A program made the position numbers and the translations under genes. Under the pieces are notes generated by a model that had not been told where the DNA came from, ran no database searches, and worked only from the letters and a program-made list of their open reading frames with translations. This document shows, in pieces, positions 14,386-25,083 of a DNA stretch of 64,000 nt. Source of the DNA: a virus; the IMG/VR virus record IMGVR_UViG_3300032241_000811, positions 32,001 through 96,000 of that record; one strand, given 5' to 3'. How positions within the stretch are numbered: position 1 is the first letter of the stretch; every line of letters starts with the position of its first letter.

Positions 14386-16971
14386 TTATGCGAAGAAGTC
14401 CTCCAGTGATGAAACCTTTTCTGTCTTCCATCCGATAGCATTCAAAATGATACGAACAGGCTCGACAAACGCCTTTTCATATTGGGTTTCATAGTCTATG
14501 TAGTTATCTAAACCAAACTCTTTTGGCAAAGATTGAGGAAATGCAATGATGTCTGACTGTATAGCATTGGGCTCCTTGAGATAGATATACTTGATCTTCT
14601 CACCTTCATTGATGCGATTATACCGCTTTGTCAGATTTTTTTCCTTGAGCAAATGATTATAGAGCAATGAGCCACGCACATGGATTGGTGTTCCCTTGTC
14701 ATAGATGCGTGTCTTGTGGCTATACTCAGATAACCCATTCACGCCACGAGGAAATGAAATCTCAGGCGGCGATGTCTTGCTAAACTGTTTGCGATAGTCA
14801 TCAATGAATGCAATCACATCTTCTTCTGTACCATTCAGAATGATATCAACAATCTTTTTGAGTTTGTCTCGGCAGTCAGATGGAGTTGAGGATTTTACCA
14901 TTTCTAAACCCATGACCTTAACCTTGGGCTTTGCATAGTCAACACCTTCATTATTATGCACATTGAGGATATAGCGTTTCTTTGCCGTCCAGATACCCTT
15001 GTCAGCAAGAGCCTCTCGCTTCATCTTCATTTTTTGCGCATAGGCATTGATATACTCAGCAAGGTTAGAATAAGACTTGTCAATAAACTGTTGTATCTTA
15101 GCTTCGCAAACACGGTCCATGAAGGCGATGATATATTTTGTGTCAGCATTTGGTTTCTCTTCAGTAATAGTTCTGCTGACCAAATCAGCAAGCGATAGGT
15201 AAATACTATCCGTATCTGATGCAATAACATAGTCCTTGTCCTCGGTGTTTTTCAGAATCTTATTCATATATAGATTCATTTCGTTTTCAATCCATCTAAT
15301 GGCTAACTGCCCAGATGTGGTAATAGCAGATGCAAGTCGGATATCAAAGAAACGGAAATATTCAGAACCCAATGCACCATAAGCTGAGTTCAATGAAACT
15401 TTCTTGGCCAATTGCAGATTGTTATATCGTGCAATTCGCTTCTCTACTTCAAATCGCTTGGCTGGGTCTGTTTCTTTTTCAAGTTCTTTCTTTGCTTCTA
15501 TGGACTTTTTCTTATAAACAGCACGGTCATTATACATAGCTTCCATCAACTCAGCAAGGAAGCCCTGCTTAGACTTGTCAAAGAACTGTGCATTTGGAGA
15601 TAGCGTTGCATTGATTGTTTCCAACGCGCTGAGTTCAATCTCTTTATTCAACAGTTTATTCACATTCACACCTTGAGATAAGATGCGGTGGTGTGTGTCA
15701 GTATACTTTTCTGGTGGTATAAACGTATCTGGCGAAATGTTCCACTGCATAATCAAATGTGGATAGAGTGAATTGAGGTCAAAGCTTGCAACCCACTTAT
15801 GCATACCCAGTATAGGGTCTTTGACATATGCGCCAATGTAAGCAGAATCCTTTGAGTGTGTAGTCAAAGGAGGAATTACAATGTTCTTGGATTTGAGATG
15901 ATTATAGATGATTACATCCCACATCCTGACTTGTGTGAATACATCATCATAATTGCACTTGTTATCATAAGCCAAAGTCAAGGATAACTCAATCAACTTG
16001 AGTTTGTCATCTAGGCGACCGACAAGTTCAACGTCTTTGATGTTATACTCAATGAACTTCTGGTAGTTTTCTTTATAGAGATTGTGCAGATTGCCATATT
16101 CTTCATATGACATCTTTCTCTCATTCAGTTCCAAATGGCAGATGGCATCAAGCTTATAGGACTCTTGTGAGTTGCCGCCAGGCGCAAACTTCTTATAGAG
16201 TTCAAGATAATCCAGAATAGCAATGCCAATAGGCTCATAAGATGTTTGCTTACGCCCCATAAGAACTACTGTGCGCTCAGATAGTTTGTTCCAAGGTGAG
16301 ATACGATTGGCCATATCATCGCCGAGCAAAATACGAATACGATTGATGAGATAGGGAATATCAAAGAACTTGACGTTCCATCCTGTGATGATGTCTGGAT
16401 AATCGCCAGACCATTCGTCAATAAATCTCTTGAGCAAGTCTGTTTCAGACCAGCATTTGATATAATGCACATCGGGGCGAGGATTGTCAAAGTCCCCACA
16501 GCCAAGCGCAATGAACTTGCCTTGGTTGTTCTTGAATGTGATTGCTGTGATGGGTTCTGCCGCTGTTGCAGGCTCAGGGAAACCATTTTCAGAACCAACC
16601 TCGATGTCAATGTTGGTAATGTTGATTAGGTTGATATCCCAATCAATATGTCTTTCTGGAAATGTTTCAGCAATATACTGGTACTCATAACGCTGCATAC
16701 CATAGATGGTGAAGTTTTGCACATCTTGATACTGCTTGACAAATTCACGACATTCATAGATTGTCCCAGGATTTACCTCTGAAACATATTCTCCATGAAT
16801 AGTCGTGAACTTTGTAGGCTGATTTGATCTGAGAAATAATGTAGGCTGAAATGACAGCCTCTTTCTTACTTTTGTGTTACCATTCTCAACTCCCCGATAG
16901 AGGATTTTTGAGCCAAATGTTTGGACATTAGTATAAAAGAAAGAAGATGAAGCTGCTTTGTCATTCGTCAT
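14386..16971 (-). CDS. 43: Family B DNA polymerase (T4 gp43)
   Basis: DIEV exonuclease motif, SFDLNSLYP, KVSLNSAYG, SDTDS. Confidence 0.98.
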   Translation of the reverse strand: MTNDKAASSSFFYTNVQTFGSKILYRGVENGNTKVRKRLSFQPTLFLRSNQPTKFTTIHGEYVSEVNPGTIYECREFVKQYQDVQNFTIYGMQRYEYQYIAETFPERHIDWDINLINITNIDIEVGSENGFPEPATAAEPITAITFKNNQGKFIALGCGDFDNPRPDVHYIKCWSETDLLKRFIDEWSGDYPDIITGWNVKFFDIPYLINRIRILLGDDMANRISPWNKLSERTVVLMGRKQTSYEPIGIAILDYLELYKKFAPGGNSQESYKLDAICHLELNERKMSYEEYGNLHNLYKENYQKFIEYNIKDVELVGRLDDKLKLIELSLTLAYDNKCNYDDVFTQVRMWDVIIYNHLKSKNIVIPPLTTHSKDSAYIGAYVKDPILGMHKWVASFDLNSLYPHLIMQWNISPDTFIPPEKYTDTHHRILSQGVNVNKLLNKEIELSALETINATLSPNAQFFDKSKQGFLAELMEAMYNDRAVYKKKSIEAKKELEKETDPAKRFEVEKRIARYNNLQLAKKVSLNSAYGALGSEYFRFFDIRLASAITTSGQLAIRWIENEMNLYMNKILKNTEDKDYVIASDTDSIYLSLADLVSRTITEEKPNADTKYIIAFMDRVCEAKIQQFIDKSYSNLAEYINAYAQKMKMKREALADKGIWTAKKRYILNVHNNEGVDYAKPKVKVMGLEMVKSSTPSDCRDKLKKIVDIILNGTEEDVIAFIDDYRKQFSKTSPPEISFPRGVNGLSEYSHKTRIYDKGTPIHVRGSLLYNHLLKEKNLTKRYNRINEGEKIKYIYLKEPNAIQSDIIAFPQSLPKEFGLDNYIDYETQYEKAFVEPVRIILNAIGWKTEKVSSLEDFFA

Positions 16972-16974
16972 TAT

Positions 16975-17307
16975 TTACCTTGGTAGAATCAGTTTGTTAC
17001 TGTTTTGTGGAAGAACTAAACCACCAAATAGGGACTTATACTGGTTCAGAAACTCCGGGATGGGGTTCATTATACAGACAATATGGCTGTTGTCAATAGT
17101 AAAGTCCTTGTCGTCAGAAAATTCTGCCCAAGGCAAGAAACCAATATTGGGTGTCTTGGGATCAGCCTTTGACACACCAGCATAGACGACACGAATCGGC
17201 TGCCGAATGGTAGTTGTCCTATCGCTCTTAGCCACAACTTCGGCTAAGAGTTCATCACGATTGGACATCTTGATAAGCTTGATCTTGTTTGTTTCTGTAG
17301 TCATCAT
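16975..17307 (-). CDS. Conserved T4-like hypothetical protein (Sm-like fold candidate)
   Basis: IKLIKM...EL.AEV...IGFLPW...QYKSLFGG.V.P. Confidence 0.7.
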   Translation of the reverse strand: MMTTETNKIKLIKMSNRDELLAEVVAKSDRTTTIRQPIRVVYAGVSKADPKTPNIGFLPWAEFSDDKDFTIDNSHIVCIMNPIPEFLNQYKSLFGGLVLPQNSNKLILPR

Positions 17308-17313
17308 ATCACC

Positions 17314-17499
17314 TCAAACATCTAACTGGAGAAGCCAATCAAATACCCCGACAGTCATCCACTTCTCTGGAATGTAAGTCAAACGGTGCCCGCTCTCAGA
17401 CTTATAGACATACTTATTGTCATAGTCTATGACCTTGACGATCTTCTCCCACTTGCCGTCATATTCGCGCTGCTTGAACTGAGTTTCGAGGATTTTCAT
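17314..17499 (-). CDS. Hypothetical protein
   Basis: AGGAG RBS. Confidence 0.65.
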   Translation of the reverse strand: MKILETQFKQREYDGKWEKIVKVIDYDNKYVYKSESGHRLTYIPEKWMTVGVFDWLLQLDV

Positions 17500-17508
17500 T
17501 TTTATCTC

Positions 17509-17739
17509 CTAGTTATTGAATGCGTTTGGTGTTTTCAGTTTCTCGGCGGTTGTGACAGTCACATTACCATTCTCATTATTGAGTAGAAACAATGGTGTCA
17601 ACCCTGCGTTTTTATATTCGTCTGCCATCTTGATGATCTTTTGCAGGTTGCTGCCTTTTTCAGGACCAAGAATATCAAGCCCTTCTTGAATCATCTGTTG
17701 TGAAATCACTATCAGATTATCTTCTTCACCAGAAATCAC
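17509..17739 (-). CDS. Hypothetical protein
   Basis: ORF in the operon; GAGGT RBS. Confidence 0.6.
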   Translation of the reverse strand: MISGEEDNLIVISQQMIQEGLDILGPEKGSNLQKIIKMADEYKNAGLTPLFLLNNENGNVTVTTAEKLKTPNAFNN

Positions 17740-18019
17740 GATCTACCTCTTTTTCTTCTGCTATCTTTTCGTTTACTAGCTTGGTAATACATTCATCACA
17801 TATAGGGCCCAACTCATATCTGTCAGGAGAAGCATTCAACTCATACTTTTTCATATCAGCTACTCTTGAACCATAGTAGCCTTGAATGTAGTGCTTGCCC
17901 TCTGATAGATATACATCTGCTGCACAACCATAAAACTGGTCTGTATTGTAGCTGCCAGGAAATACTTCCTGTGTATAAGTTTCACCACAAGTCTTGCATA
18001 TGATACGAGGTGTGATCAT
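17726..18019 (-). CDS. Cys-containing hypothetical protein
   Basis: CKTCG...GCAA...GYYGS...ICDEC. Confidence 0.6.
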   Translation of the reverse strand: MITPRIICKTCGETYTQEVFPGSYNTDQFYGCAADVYLSEGKHYIQGYYGSRVADMKKYELNASPDRYELGPICDECITKLVNEKIAEEKEVDRDFW

Positions 18020-18462
18020 TTTCTCTTTTCAAACTCATCAATGTATTGCGTCAATGCTGTCTTGACACCCAGGCCAATCAAAGAATCCCTCACATCAATA
18101 GGCAAGTCAAGAGTGAGAGTCAACGAGCCATCATCGTTCTCAACAGTTGATACAATCAGATCATCCGGTTCTGAAACAGGATTATACATCTCCTCAAAGA
18201 TGTGCTTCTTGTTGAACCAATACTCACCCTTTGGTCCCTTGATAAGATAGTCACCATTCATTGCGGTCATATGCCCTTCTAGTGTGATGATCGTGAGAGC
18301 AGACATATCCAGAGGATCAATAGGGTTGATGCGATGCACAGCCTTGTCTTCATAGATTGCTCTATGAACCCAATCAGGAATGTTACCTTGATTATCTATC
18401 TCCAAGGTATCTATCTGCCAAGCATCCACAGGGATGGGCTTCTTGATGTATTTACCTACCAT
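18016..18462 (-). CDS. PGDYG-like phage protein
   Basis: KYIKKPIPVDAWQ...ITLEG.M.A..GDYLIKGPKGE. Confidence 0.7.
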   Translation of the reverse strand: MVGKYIKKPIPVDAWQIDTLEIDNQGNIPDWVHRAIYEDKAVHRINPIDPLDMSALTIITLEGHMTAMNGDYLIKGPKGEYWFNKKHIFEEMYNPVSEPDDLIVSTVENDDGSLTLTLDLPIDVRDSLIGLGVKTALTQYIDEFEKRK

Positions 18463-18474
18463 GATTGTCCTTTA

Positions 18475-18738
18475 TTACATCTGAGACTTGTCGCCCTGAG
18501 CCATGCCAGAAAGAATGTCCTTAGGGGCCGCAGGAATGCACTGATAGTAAACTGTGCCGTTATTCGTTCCAATAGAGTTCTGTTCTTTACCAGCAATCTG
18601 ATCACCATAGTATTTGCACTTCTTTTCAGTGCTATCATCTGGCGTGTTTGGAAAATACAACTTGTTATTGACTGTACCGTTTTGCAGAATTGTAGTGACA
18701 ACTAAAATCCAAATCATAATCATATACCTTTCATACAA
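18475..18738 (-). CDS. Hypothetical protein with hydrophobic N-terminus
   Basis: MIWILVV... and a Cys pair. Confidence 0.55.
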   Translation of the reverse strand: MYERYMIMIWILVVTTILQNGTVNNKLYFPNTPDDSTEKKCKYYGDQIAGKEQNSIGTNNGTVYYQCIPAAPKDILSGMAQGDKSQM

Positions 18739-18940
18739 GTAGTTTGAGTTTGGGAGATAAGCGACTCAGTTGAAGAAGTGCTTCTTCCTTTTGATCGCGC
18801 ATAAGAAGTTCTTGAATGTGGTCCAAGGAATCAGTCCACTTTTCATTTATCTTATATCCTCGGCTTTCCAGTTCATCAATAAGTTCATTATCTGAAAATT
18901 CATCCAGATCAACCTTAACCTCTGCTGATACATGAGCCAT
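18731..18940 (-). CDS. Hypothetical protein
   Basis: VDLDEFSDNELIDELESRG; GGAG RBS; sigma70 promoter TTGACT-N17-TATAGT at 18978-19006. Confidence 0.65.
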   Translation of the reverse strand: MAHVSAEVKVDLDEFSDNELIDELESRGYKINEKWTDSLDHIQELLMRDQKEEALLQLSRLSPKLKLLV

Positions 18941-19014
18941 GGTGACTTCTTTTCTCCATTCAAGTTATTAATATGACACTATAGCAAAAGCTTGATGGTA
19001 AGTCAAGCTTTATT

Positions 19015-19164
19015 TTATTGCCCTCTACCAGATGGTCTTCTGGAAGGCTTCCTCATAGCTGCACTGGAAGGCTTTTTTGGTGTTTCCAGTTTGGGCTTTC
19101 TGACCTTGCTAAGACGAGCAGCGGCTTCAGAAATGTAATCACGAATGGATTTATTATTAGGCAT
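19015..19164 (-). CDS. Small basic protein (49 aa), below the ORF-track cutoff
   Basis: MPNNKSIRDYISEAAARLSKVRKPK...SGRGQ; AAGGAGA RBS. Confidence 0.6.
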   Translation of the reverse strand: MPNNKSIRDYISEAAARLSKVRKPKLETPKKPSSAAMRKPSRRPSGRGQ

Positions 19165-19176
19165 TGAGTATCTCCT

Positions 19177-20064
19177 TTATGCTATCAACGATTCTATCTT
19201 GTCTTGCAAGTCTTGTACACCAGTGAACTTATGCCCAATGAACTTGCATTTCAACTTGTCATAACTGCCGTAGAAAAAGCATGTTATGTCAGGGTCTTTA
19301 CTAAATGACATGAATGTTTTGTTTGGGTTCATCAGGTTCTCTCTGGTATGTGTAAAGCAGAATGGTCCTGAGTCTCGCCCAATAATCACATCACAGAATG
19401 TGGATATGTATCCAATCTCATTCAAATCGGTTCTATTCAGCTTATTGATTTCAGTTGTGGATATGATGTTATTCTGCTTGTGTTCAAACCGCTTTGTCAC
19501 GATAAACATCTTGTCTTGATGCTTCTCAGCGATGAACCTTATCATTTCAGACATATCACTATTGAACTCTGGTATCTGCTTACTCATACCTGGACCGTTA
19601 GATATTAGAATCTTTTTTCGCTTTTCAATGCGATCAAACTCTTTTGCATTGTCAATGGCATAATAAGAATAGTCAGTAGTTGGCAGCCAGAACTCATCTT
19701 GCGGCTTGGGCATCAGATTAAGATGAAACATATTGTTCAGCAGTCTTATGATTTCGCAGTAGAACTTGTAATAGAAGTTCCATGTAACTTCTGCTTGATT
19801 GAATACCTTTAAGTAAGTTCCCAGCCAAGTATTGACAAGCACTGCATCAGGCCCATAAAGTATTGTTGCATGATCTGATATAGCACTGGTGTTGAATGGA
19901 CCCTGTGGAATATTCAAGTCTCTGACAACCCAATATCCATTCAGATGTGCATAAGAAAACTCAGAATTTGGTAACTGGCTCATCAAGTCACGCACCAATG
20001 GCTTGGTGTAATGCAAATCACCATTATGATAGTGATTGTAGAATATGATCTTCTGCCCCATCAT
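19177..20064 (-). CDS. Putative glycosyltransferase (GT-B, GT9-like)
   Basis: HNGDLH N-terminal motif, CDVIIGRDSGP. Confidence 0.65.
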   Translation of the reverse strand: MMGQKIIFYNHYHNGDLHYTKPLVRDLMSQLPNSEFSYAHLNGYWVVRDLNIPQGPFNTSAISDHATILYGPDAVLVNTWLGTYLKVFNQAEVTWNFYYKFYCEIIRLLNNMFHLNLMPKPQDEFWLPTTDYSYYAIDNAKEFDRIEKRKKILISNGPGMSKQIPEFNSDMSEMIRFIAEKHQDKMFIVTKRFEHKQNNIISTTEINKLNRTDLNEIGYISTFCDVIIGRDSGPFCFTHTRENLMNPNKTFMSFSKDPDITCFFYGSYDKLKCKFIGHKFTGVQDLQDKIESLIA

Positions 20065-20453
20065 ACGCCTTTATATAACTTCACTGAGTTTTCTTTGAGT
20101 GCCTTGCCGTTGACAATGGCATCATCAAGTATCTGGTTGATTGCTTGCACCAGCTTGGGGCGCTTGACTTTGAAGCATTGGTCGATCTTCTGCTTGATGT
20201 CTGCAATATCTTCTGGTGTTGTTGCTTCCTTGATCTTATCTTCAAGCATCCAAGTCCTGATGTGAAGAATAATCAGCTTCTCTATTACCTCACCGATATT
20301 GTCGGTATTATTGTATTCCATTGCTCTTACAAACTGTGCTTTTTCAGTAAAGCTGTCAAAATCTGTAGCAAGATAAGTGCTTATTCGGTTCATCAACAAC
20401 AGGTCGATGTATTCACCAATCACAAGGTTCTCATTCATATTCACATACTCCAT
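20061..20453 (-). CDS. Small helical protein of sugar-biosynthesis loci
   Basis: DNIGEVIEKL.ILHIRTW.LED; start uncertain. Confidence 0.55.
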   Translation of the reverse strand: MEYVNMNENLVIGEYIDLLLMNRISTYLATDFDSFTEKAQFVRAMEYNNTDNIGEVIEKLIILHIRTWMLEDKIKEATTPEDIADIKQKIDQCFKVKRPKLVQAINQILDDAIVNGKALKENSVKLYKGV

Positions 20454-21619
20454 AAAATCTCACCAAGCATGTCCATATCCGCATTATGAACAAACTGGTT
20501 ATTACCTATATATACACCATTTTCATGTAGGATGTCAACATTAAAATTGCCATTCTTATCTGATTCTATCTTGTAACCAGATTCTTTCAGATAAGGCTGC
20601 CTCAAAAGGTTTCCGCCAACAATCGGTCTGTACTCAATGGAGTTTTCATTCAGAGTCTTTATCAAGTCTTGCTTTATCTCCTTGCTGCGGCAGATCAATG
20701 GAAAGCAGAACGAACTGTTATTGGGTGTGTTGTTGACTGGATAGAATAAGTCTTGACGCCCCTCAACTATATTATAGAACACTTCATGGTTATCTCTGCG
20801 AGTTTTTATAAAGCAATCAAGCTTCTTCAACTGTGATAACCCAAGCACAGCAGCAAGTTCTGTATTGCGGAAGTTATATCCGTCAAGCACAAACAAGAAC
20901 TGTTTTTCAATGTCAGGATATTTTCTGTTATAAAAATGAGGAGCCAAGGCGTTGCGTGACATACCATGTGAACGCATCATACGCATTGCATTATATAACT
21001 CGGTGTCATTGGTTGTAATCATACCACCTTCAATGGTTGACATATGATGCCCAAAGTAGAAAGAGAAAGTTGCGCCAGTGCTTCTTGAACCAACCAAATC
21101 TCCATGATGATCTACGCAGCCGTGTGATTCACAAACATCATCAATATAGATAGCATTGGGCAGAATCTTCTTGAATAGATGCACTGGTGCTGGAATGCCC
21201 AATAGATGTGTGACAAACACAGCCTTGATGTCAGTATGCTTCTCAGAAATGTATTTGAGATTGTGCAGATCAAAAGAATAGTTATGCAGATCAATGTCAC
21301 AAAATATAGGCTGCAACCCCAACTGTATGATAGGGTTGATGTTCGTCACCCAGGTGCAAGCAGGAACAACAACCTTGTCACCCTTGTTGAGGCGCTTGGT
21401 TGCTATCAATGCAGCAATCAGCAAAAAGTTTGCGGTGCTACCAGAAGATACAAACAAAGAGTGTTTGCCGCCCAACCACCAAGACCATTCGCGTTCAAAT
21501 TCTTCAACTTTCTTGCCCTGTGTGAACTTGTCTGTTGTCAAAACAAACTTTGCTAGTTTCAGCCTGTCCATGAATGACAAGCTGTTCTTTTGCAGGGGCC
21601 AATCAAACTCTGATTTCAT
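20441..21619 (-). CDS. colD: DegT/DnrJ-family PLP enzyme, ColD-like GDP-4-keto-6-deoxymannose 3-dehydratase
   Basis: SSGSTAN, DVCESHG, SFYFGHHMSTIEGG (His in place of the Schiff-base Lys). Confidence 0.75.
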   Translation of the reverse strand: MKSEFDWPLQKNSLSFMDRLKLAKFVLTTDKFTQGKKVEEFEREWSWWLGGKHSLFVSSGSTANFLLIAALIATKRLNKGDKVVVPACTWVTNINPIIQLGLQPIFCDIDLHNYSFDLHNLKYISEKHTDIKAVFVTHLLGIPAPVHLFKKILPNAIYIDDVCESHGCVDHHGDLVGSRSTGATFSFYFGHHMSTIEGGMITTNDTELYNAMRMMRSHGMSRNALAPHFYNRKYPDIEKQFLFVLDGYNFRNTELAAVLGLSQLKKLDCFIKTRRDNHEVFYNIVEGRQDLFYPVNNTPNNSSFCFPLICRSKEIKQDLIKTLNENSIEYRPIVGGNLLRQPYLKESGYKIESDKNGNFNVDILHENGVYIGNNQFVHNADMDMLGEILWSM

Positions 21620-22550
21620 TTGTATCTCTGTTGTTCAAATACCAGTCTATTGTCATTCTCAGACCTTGACGCAGATCAACTTTTGGTTTCCATCCAAGAG
21701 CATCCATCTTTGATGTGTCTAATGCTCTGCGTGGTGTGCCATTTGGTTTTGATGTATCCCAAACAATCTGACCTTGATAGCCAAAGATGTCTGCTACAGT
21801 TTCGGCAAGTTCCTTGATCGTCACTTCATGGTTTGGTCCAATGTTGATAGGACCAGGGTCATCATAGTTGTTCATCAAGAAGATGCAAGCATCAGCAAGG
21901 TCATCACTATATAGAAACTCTCTGGTTGGTGTGCCATCTCCAAAACAGGTTATTGTCTGATAGTTATTTTCCTTTGCAGCAATGAAGCGATTGATGAATG
22001 AAGGAATCACATGGCACTTCTCTGGATCAAAGTTATCGTGAATGCCATATAGATTATTTGGCATGACTGAGACTGTCTTGAAGCCATACTGCTCTGTATA
22101 TTTCTGGCACATTGTCAGACCAATGATCTTTGACAGCGCATAGCCTATGTTAGTAGGTTCCATTGGACCTGTGAGCAGGTCTGTTTCCTTGATTGGAACA
22201 GGAGCAAACTTGGGGTAGATGCAAGCTGAACCCAAGAATAATAGCTTCTTGGCTCCTGATACATATGCTGAATCAATCACATTTGTCTGTATAAGCAGAT
22301 TGTCTCTGATGTATTCTGCTGGGTGCTTTTGATTATGCCCAATGCCACCAACCTTTGCTGCTGCTAGAAACACATAGTCAGGCTTCTCTGCTCTGAAAAG
22401 TTCAAATGTTTCTTGCTGATTGCGAAAGTCGCATCTTTGACGCCCAACACCTACGATGTTTGTATAGCCTTGCTGTCTCAGTTGTCGGTCAATAGCAGAA
22501 CCAACAAGACCATTAGCCCCTGCTATCAAAATCTTCTCATTACTGTCCAT
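21603..22550 (-). CDS. fcl: GDP-L-fucose synthase / ColC-like epimerase-reductase
   Basis: [28 protein letters not shown]. Confidence 0.93.
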   Translation of the reverse strand: MDSNEKILIAGANGLVGSAIDRQLRQQGYTNIVGVGRQRCDFRNQQETFELFRAEKPDYVFLAAAKVGGIGHNQKHPAEYIRDNLLIQTNVIDSAYVSGAKKLLFLGSACIYPKFAPVPIKETDLLTGPMEPTNIGYALSKIIGLTMCQKYTEQYGFKTVSVMPNNLYGIHDNFDPEKCHVIPSFINRFIAAKENNYQTITCFGDGTPTREFLYSDDLADACIFLMNNYDDPGPINIGPNHEVTIKELAETVADIFGYQGQIVWDTSKPNGTPRRALDTSKMDALGWKPKVDLRQGLRMTIDWYLNNRDTNEIRV

Positions 22551-23556
22551 AGAGACACATCTCCTTTACAAGGTCTTTGAATGAATACTGTGGCTTCCAA
22601 CCAAGTGCTTTACGCGCCTTTGTGGAATCACCCAATAGCGTTTCAACTTCTGATGGTCTGAAGTATCTTTCATTGATGCGAATACGAACTTCACCAGTCT
22701 GATCAACACCAACTTCATTCAATCCTTCACCCTGCCATGTGATATTCATGCCAAAATATGGTGCAGCTTCATTGACGAAATCCCTGACTGAATACTGCTC
22801 ACCAGTAGCTATGACATAATCATCTGGCTCTGGTTGTTGCAGCATCAGCCACATTGCTTCAACAAAGTCTTTTGCATGACCCCAATCTCGCTTTGCATTG
22901 AGATTACCAAGTTCCAAGACTTTTTGATAACCAGAACTGATGCGAGACAGCCCCTTGACAATCTTGCGTGTCACGAATGTTTCACCGCGTCTTGGTGATT
23001 CGTGATTGAATAGAATGCCTGATGAGCAGTGCATACCATATGCTTCACGATAGTTCTTTACAATCCAGAAGCCATAAATCTTAGCCACACCATATGGCGA
23101 TCTCGGATAGAACGGTGTCTTTTCTGTCTGTGGCGTTTCTTGCACCAGCCCATAGAGTTCAGATGTTGAAGCCTGATAGATACGAACCTGCTTCTCCAGG
23201 CCCAATAGCCTCACAGCTTCCAAAACACGCAGCGTTCCCAAAGCATCTACTTGACCAGTATACTCTGGAATCTCAAATGATACTTTGACATGGGACTGTG
23301 CGCCCAGATTGTAAATCTCTGTGGGTTGTATATCCTTGATGATACGAATCAGGCTTGAACCATCAGTCAAGTCACCATAATGCAGTTTCAGCTTATGATA
23401 GATATGGTCGATGCGATCTGTATTGATCAGAGAAGCACGGCGCACAATGCCATGCACTTCATATCCCTTTTCAAGCAACAACTCAGCCAAGAATGAACCG
23501 TCTTGCCCGGTGATGCCTGTTATCAGTGCTACATTTCTGGGTCTTATCGCTGTCAT
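22540..23556 (-). CDS. gmd: GDP-mannose 4,6-dehydratase
   Basis: [30 protein letters not shown]. Confidence 0.97.
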   Translation of the reverse strand: MTAIRPRNVALITGITGQDGSFLAELLLEKGYEVHGIVRRASLINTDRIDHIYHKLKLHYGDLTDGSSLIRIIKDIQPTEIYNLGAQSHVKVSFEIPEYTGQVDALGTLRVLEAVRLLGLEKQVRIYQASTSELYGLVQETPQTEKTPFYPRSPYGVAKIYGFWIVKNYREAYGMHCSSGILFNHESPRRGETFVTRKIVKGLSRISSGYQKVLELGNLNAKRDWGHAKDFVEAMWLMLQQPEPDDYVIATGEQYSVRDFVNEAAPYFGMNITWQGEGLNEVGVDQTGEVRIRINERYFRPSEVETLLGDSTKARKALGWKPQYSFKDLVKEMCLYGQ

Positions 23557-24458
23557 TGTATCATTATCCTTGTATAAACATTTGTGTCAAACCATCTTGT
23601 GAATCGGTCCAAGTTGGTAAATCTATTTCCTATTGAACTATGAAATAAAGGCTGTTGGTATATTTGGTTGTATACACTATCATTACTGTCTACCAACTCT
23701 ATTGCTTTAATAAAATCTTCATCACTGGCAAAGTTATGCCTATTGAGAAATGCCAATGGATTGAAATCAACTTCAATTGTTGGGCTGCCCCAATAGATCG
23801 GAATAGTTCCTCCCATATACGCTTCATATAGCTTTTCAGTAGCATAGCCAGGATAGCTGCTGTTTTCATAACAGATGTTGAACTTATAATCTTTTAGCCA
23901 TTCCATTTTTGCCTTGGGCGCATTGTCACCATATTCCAATACATGCCCTATATTATTGAACAACGGACCGCCGCTGTCAACCTTTTTATATTCGGAAAGC
24001 TTATGAAACATATTGTTGCGCATTTGGCAACTAGGATTGCGCACCAAAAAAGAGCAGAACTTAGTCTTTGAGTTTACATCTTCTGGGCTTCTAATATGAC
24101 TTTGAGACATATTAGGCCATCCTTTCACCTTGTTATGCCAATCATAGATCACATACAAAGGTAGTCTGTAGTGTGTTTCATCCTCAATGTGATCAAAAGA
24201 AATAAAGCAATGTGCATCATAGTTCCAGGGTCTTTGGTTCTCACCAGTGTAGAATACCTTGACGACTTTGTTCTTGTCTATGTTGAGATTGTTATGCCCA
24301 AAGTTACTATCACCAAAGATAACAACCTGAGGATTGTTTTGATCAACAGTAACAGCAAACTTGCTACTCAACACATTTAAGAAGAACGTGGCGATCTGAT
24401 TATTGGTATCAGTAAAGCCAAGGCGCAACGGCTTCTTCATCATCTGGAAAATATCCAA
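23553..24458 (-). CDS. Alpha-1,3-fucosyltransferase family (GT10)
   Basis: [26 protein letters not shown]...IPIYWG. Confidence 0.88.
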   Translation of the reverse strand: MDIFQMMKKPLRLGFTDTNNQIATFFLNVLSSKFAVTVDQNNPQVVIFGDSNFGHNNLNIDKNKVVKVFYTGENQRPWNYDAHCFISFDHIEDETHYRLPLYVIYDWHNKVKGWPNMSQSHIRSPEDVNSKTKFCSFLVRNPSCQMRNNMFHKLSEYKKVDSGGPLFNNIGHVLEYGDNAPKAKMEWLKDYKFNICYENSSYPGYATEKLYEAYMGGTIPIYWGSPTIEVDFNPLAFLNRHNFASDEDFIKAIELVDSNDSVYNQIYQQPLFHSSIGNRFTNLDRFTRWFDTNVYTRIMIQ

Positions 24459-25063
24459 TCTTCTTGAACAATTTCTTTTGTTGATGGGTCATGGTGCTTA
24501 TAGATCGTATTGACAAGCACATTTGGCTTAAAACCCATGTCTTGCAGAAACTTTGATACTTCATCCTTGAGTGGCGAGCCTTTGTTGTATTCAACCAAAG
24601 ACAGTTCAATCATGATGTGCTTTGCTTTTTCAAATGTCTTGGGTCCGCCCTTGATGATGTCAAGTTCAGACCCCTGTGTATCCATCTTGATCAACTCAAA
24701 CTCTTTCTGCTTTTCAAACTTCTTGAGTATGACTTCATCCAAAAGCTTTGTCTGTGTCTTTGAATAATCGTTTTCATTGAAATACGGAGTATTCTCAAGA
24801 TAATATGAAACACCAGTTGAAATGAAGTCCTTTGTATTGAAGAACAGCTTGACCTCTTTATGTTCGTCGGAGAGACAAGCAATCTCATATGGAATGCCAA
24901 CCCTGCTGAGATGATTGTCACACCAAGGGTTTGCTTCAATCATGAAGATGTCTATGTTGGGAAAGACATACTTTACAGTATGGGAGAACCGACCCACATT
25001 TGCGCCTATGTCAAGCACACTCAGAATGTTATTGTGGTCGATGAAGTCAATGATTTTCTGCAT
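24440..25063 (-). CDS. FkbM family SAM methyltransferase
   Basis: LDIGANVG...IEAN...IKMDTQGSELDII. Confidence 0.9.
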   Translation of the reverse strand: MQKIIDFIDHNNILSVLDIGANVGRFSHTVKYVFPNIDIFMIEANPWCDNHLSRVGIPYEIACLSDEHKEVKLFFNTKDFISTGVSYYLENTPYFNENDYSKTQTKLLDEVILKKFEKQKEFELIKMDTQGSELDIIKGGPKTFEKAKHIMIELSLVEYNKGSPLKDEVSKFLQDMGFKPNVLVNTIYKHHDPSTKEIVQEDWIFSR

Positions 25064-25083
25064 AATAAAACTCCGTTACTGTA

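Noticed and set aside
14386-16971. Intein or intron in gp43 or other core genes
   Set aside because: Lengths are typical and the motifs are contiguous.
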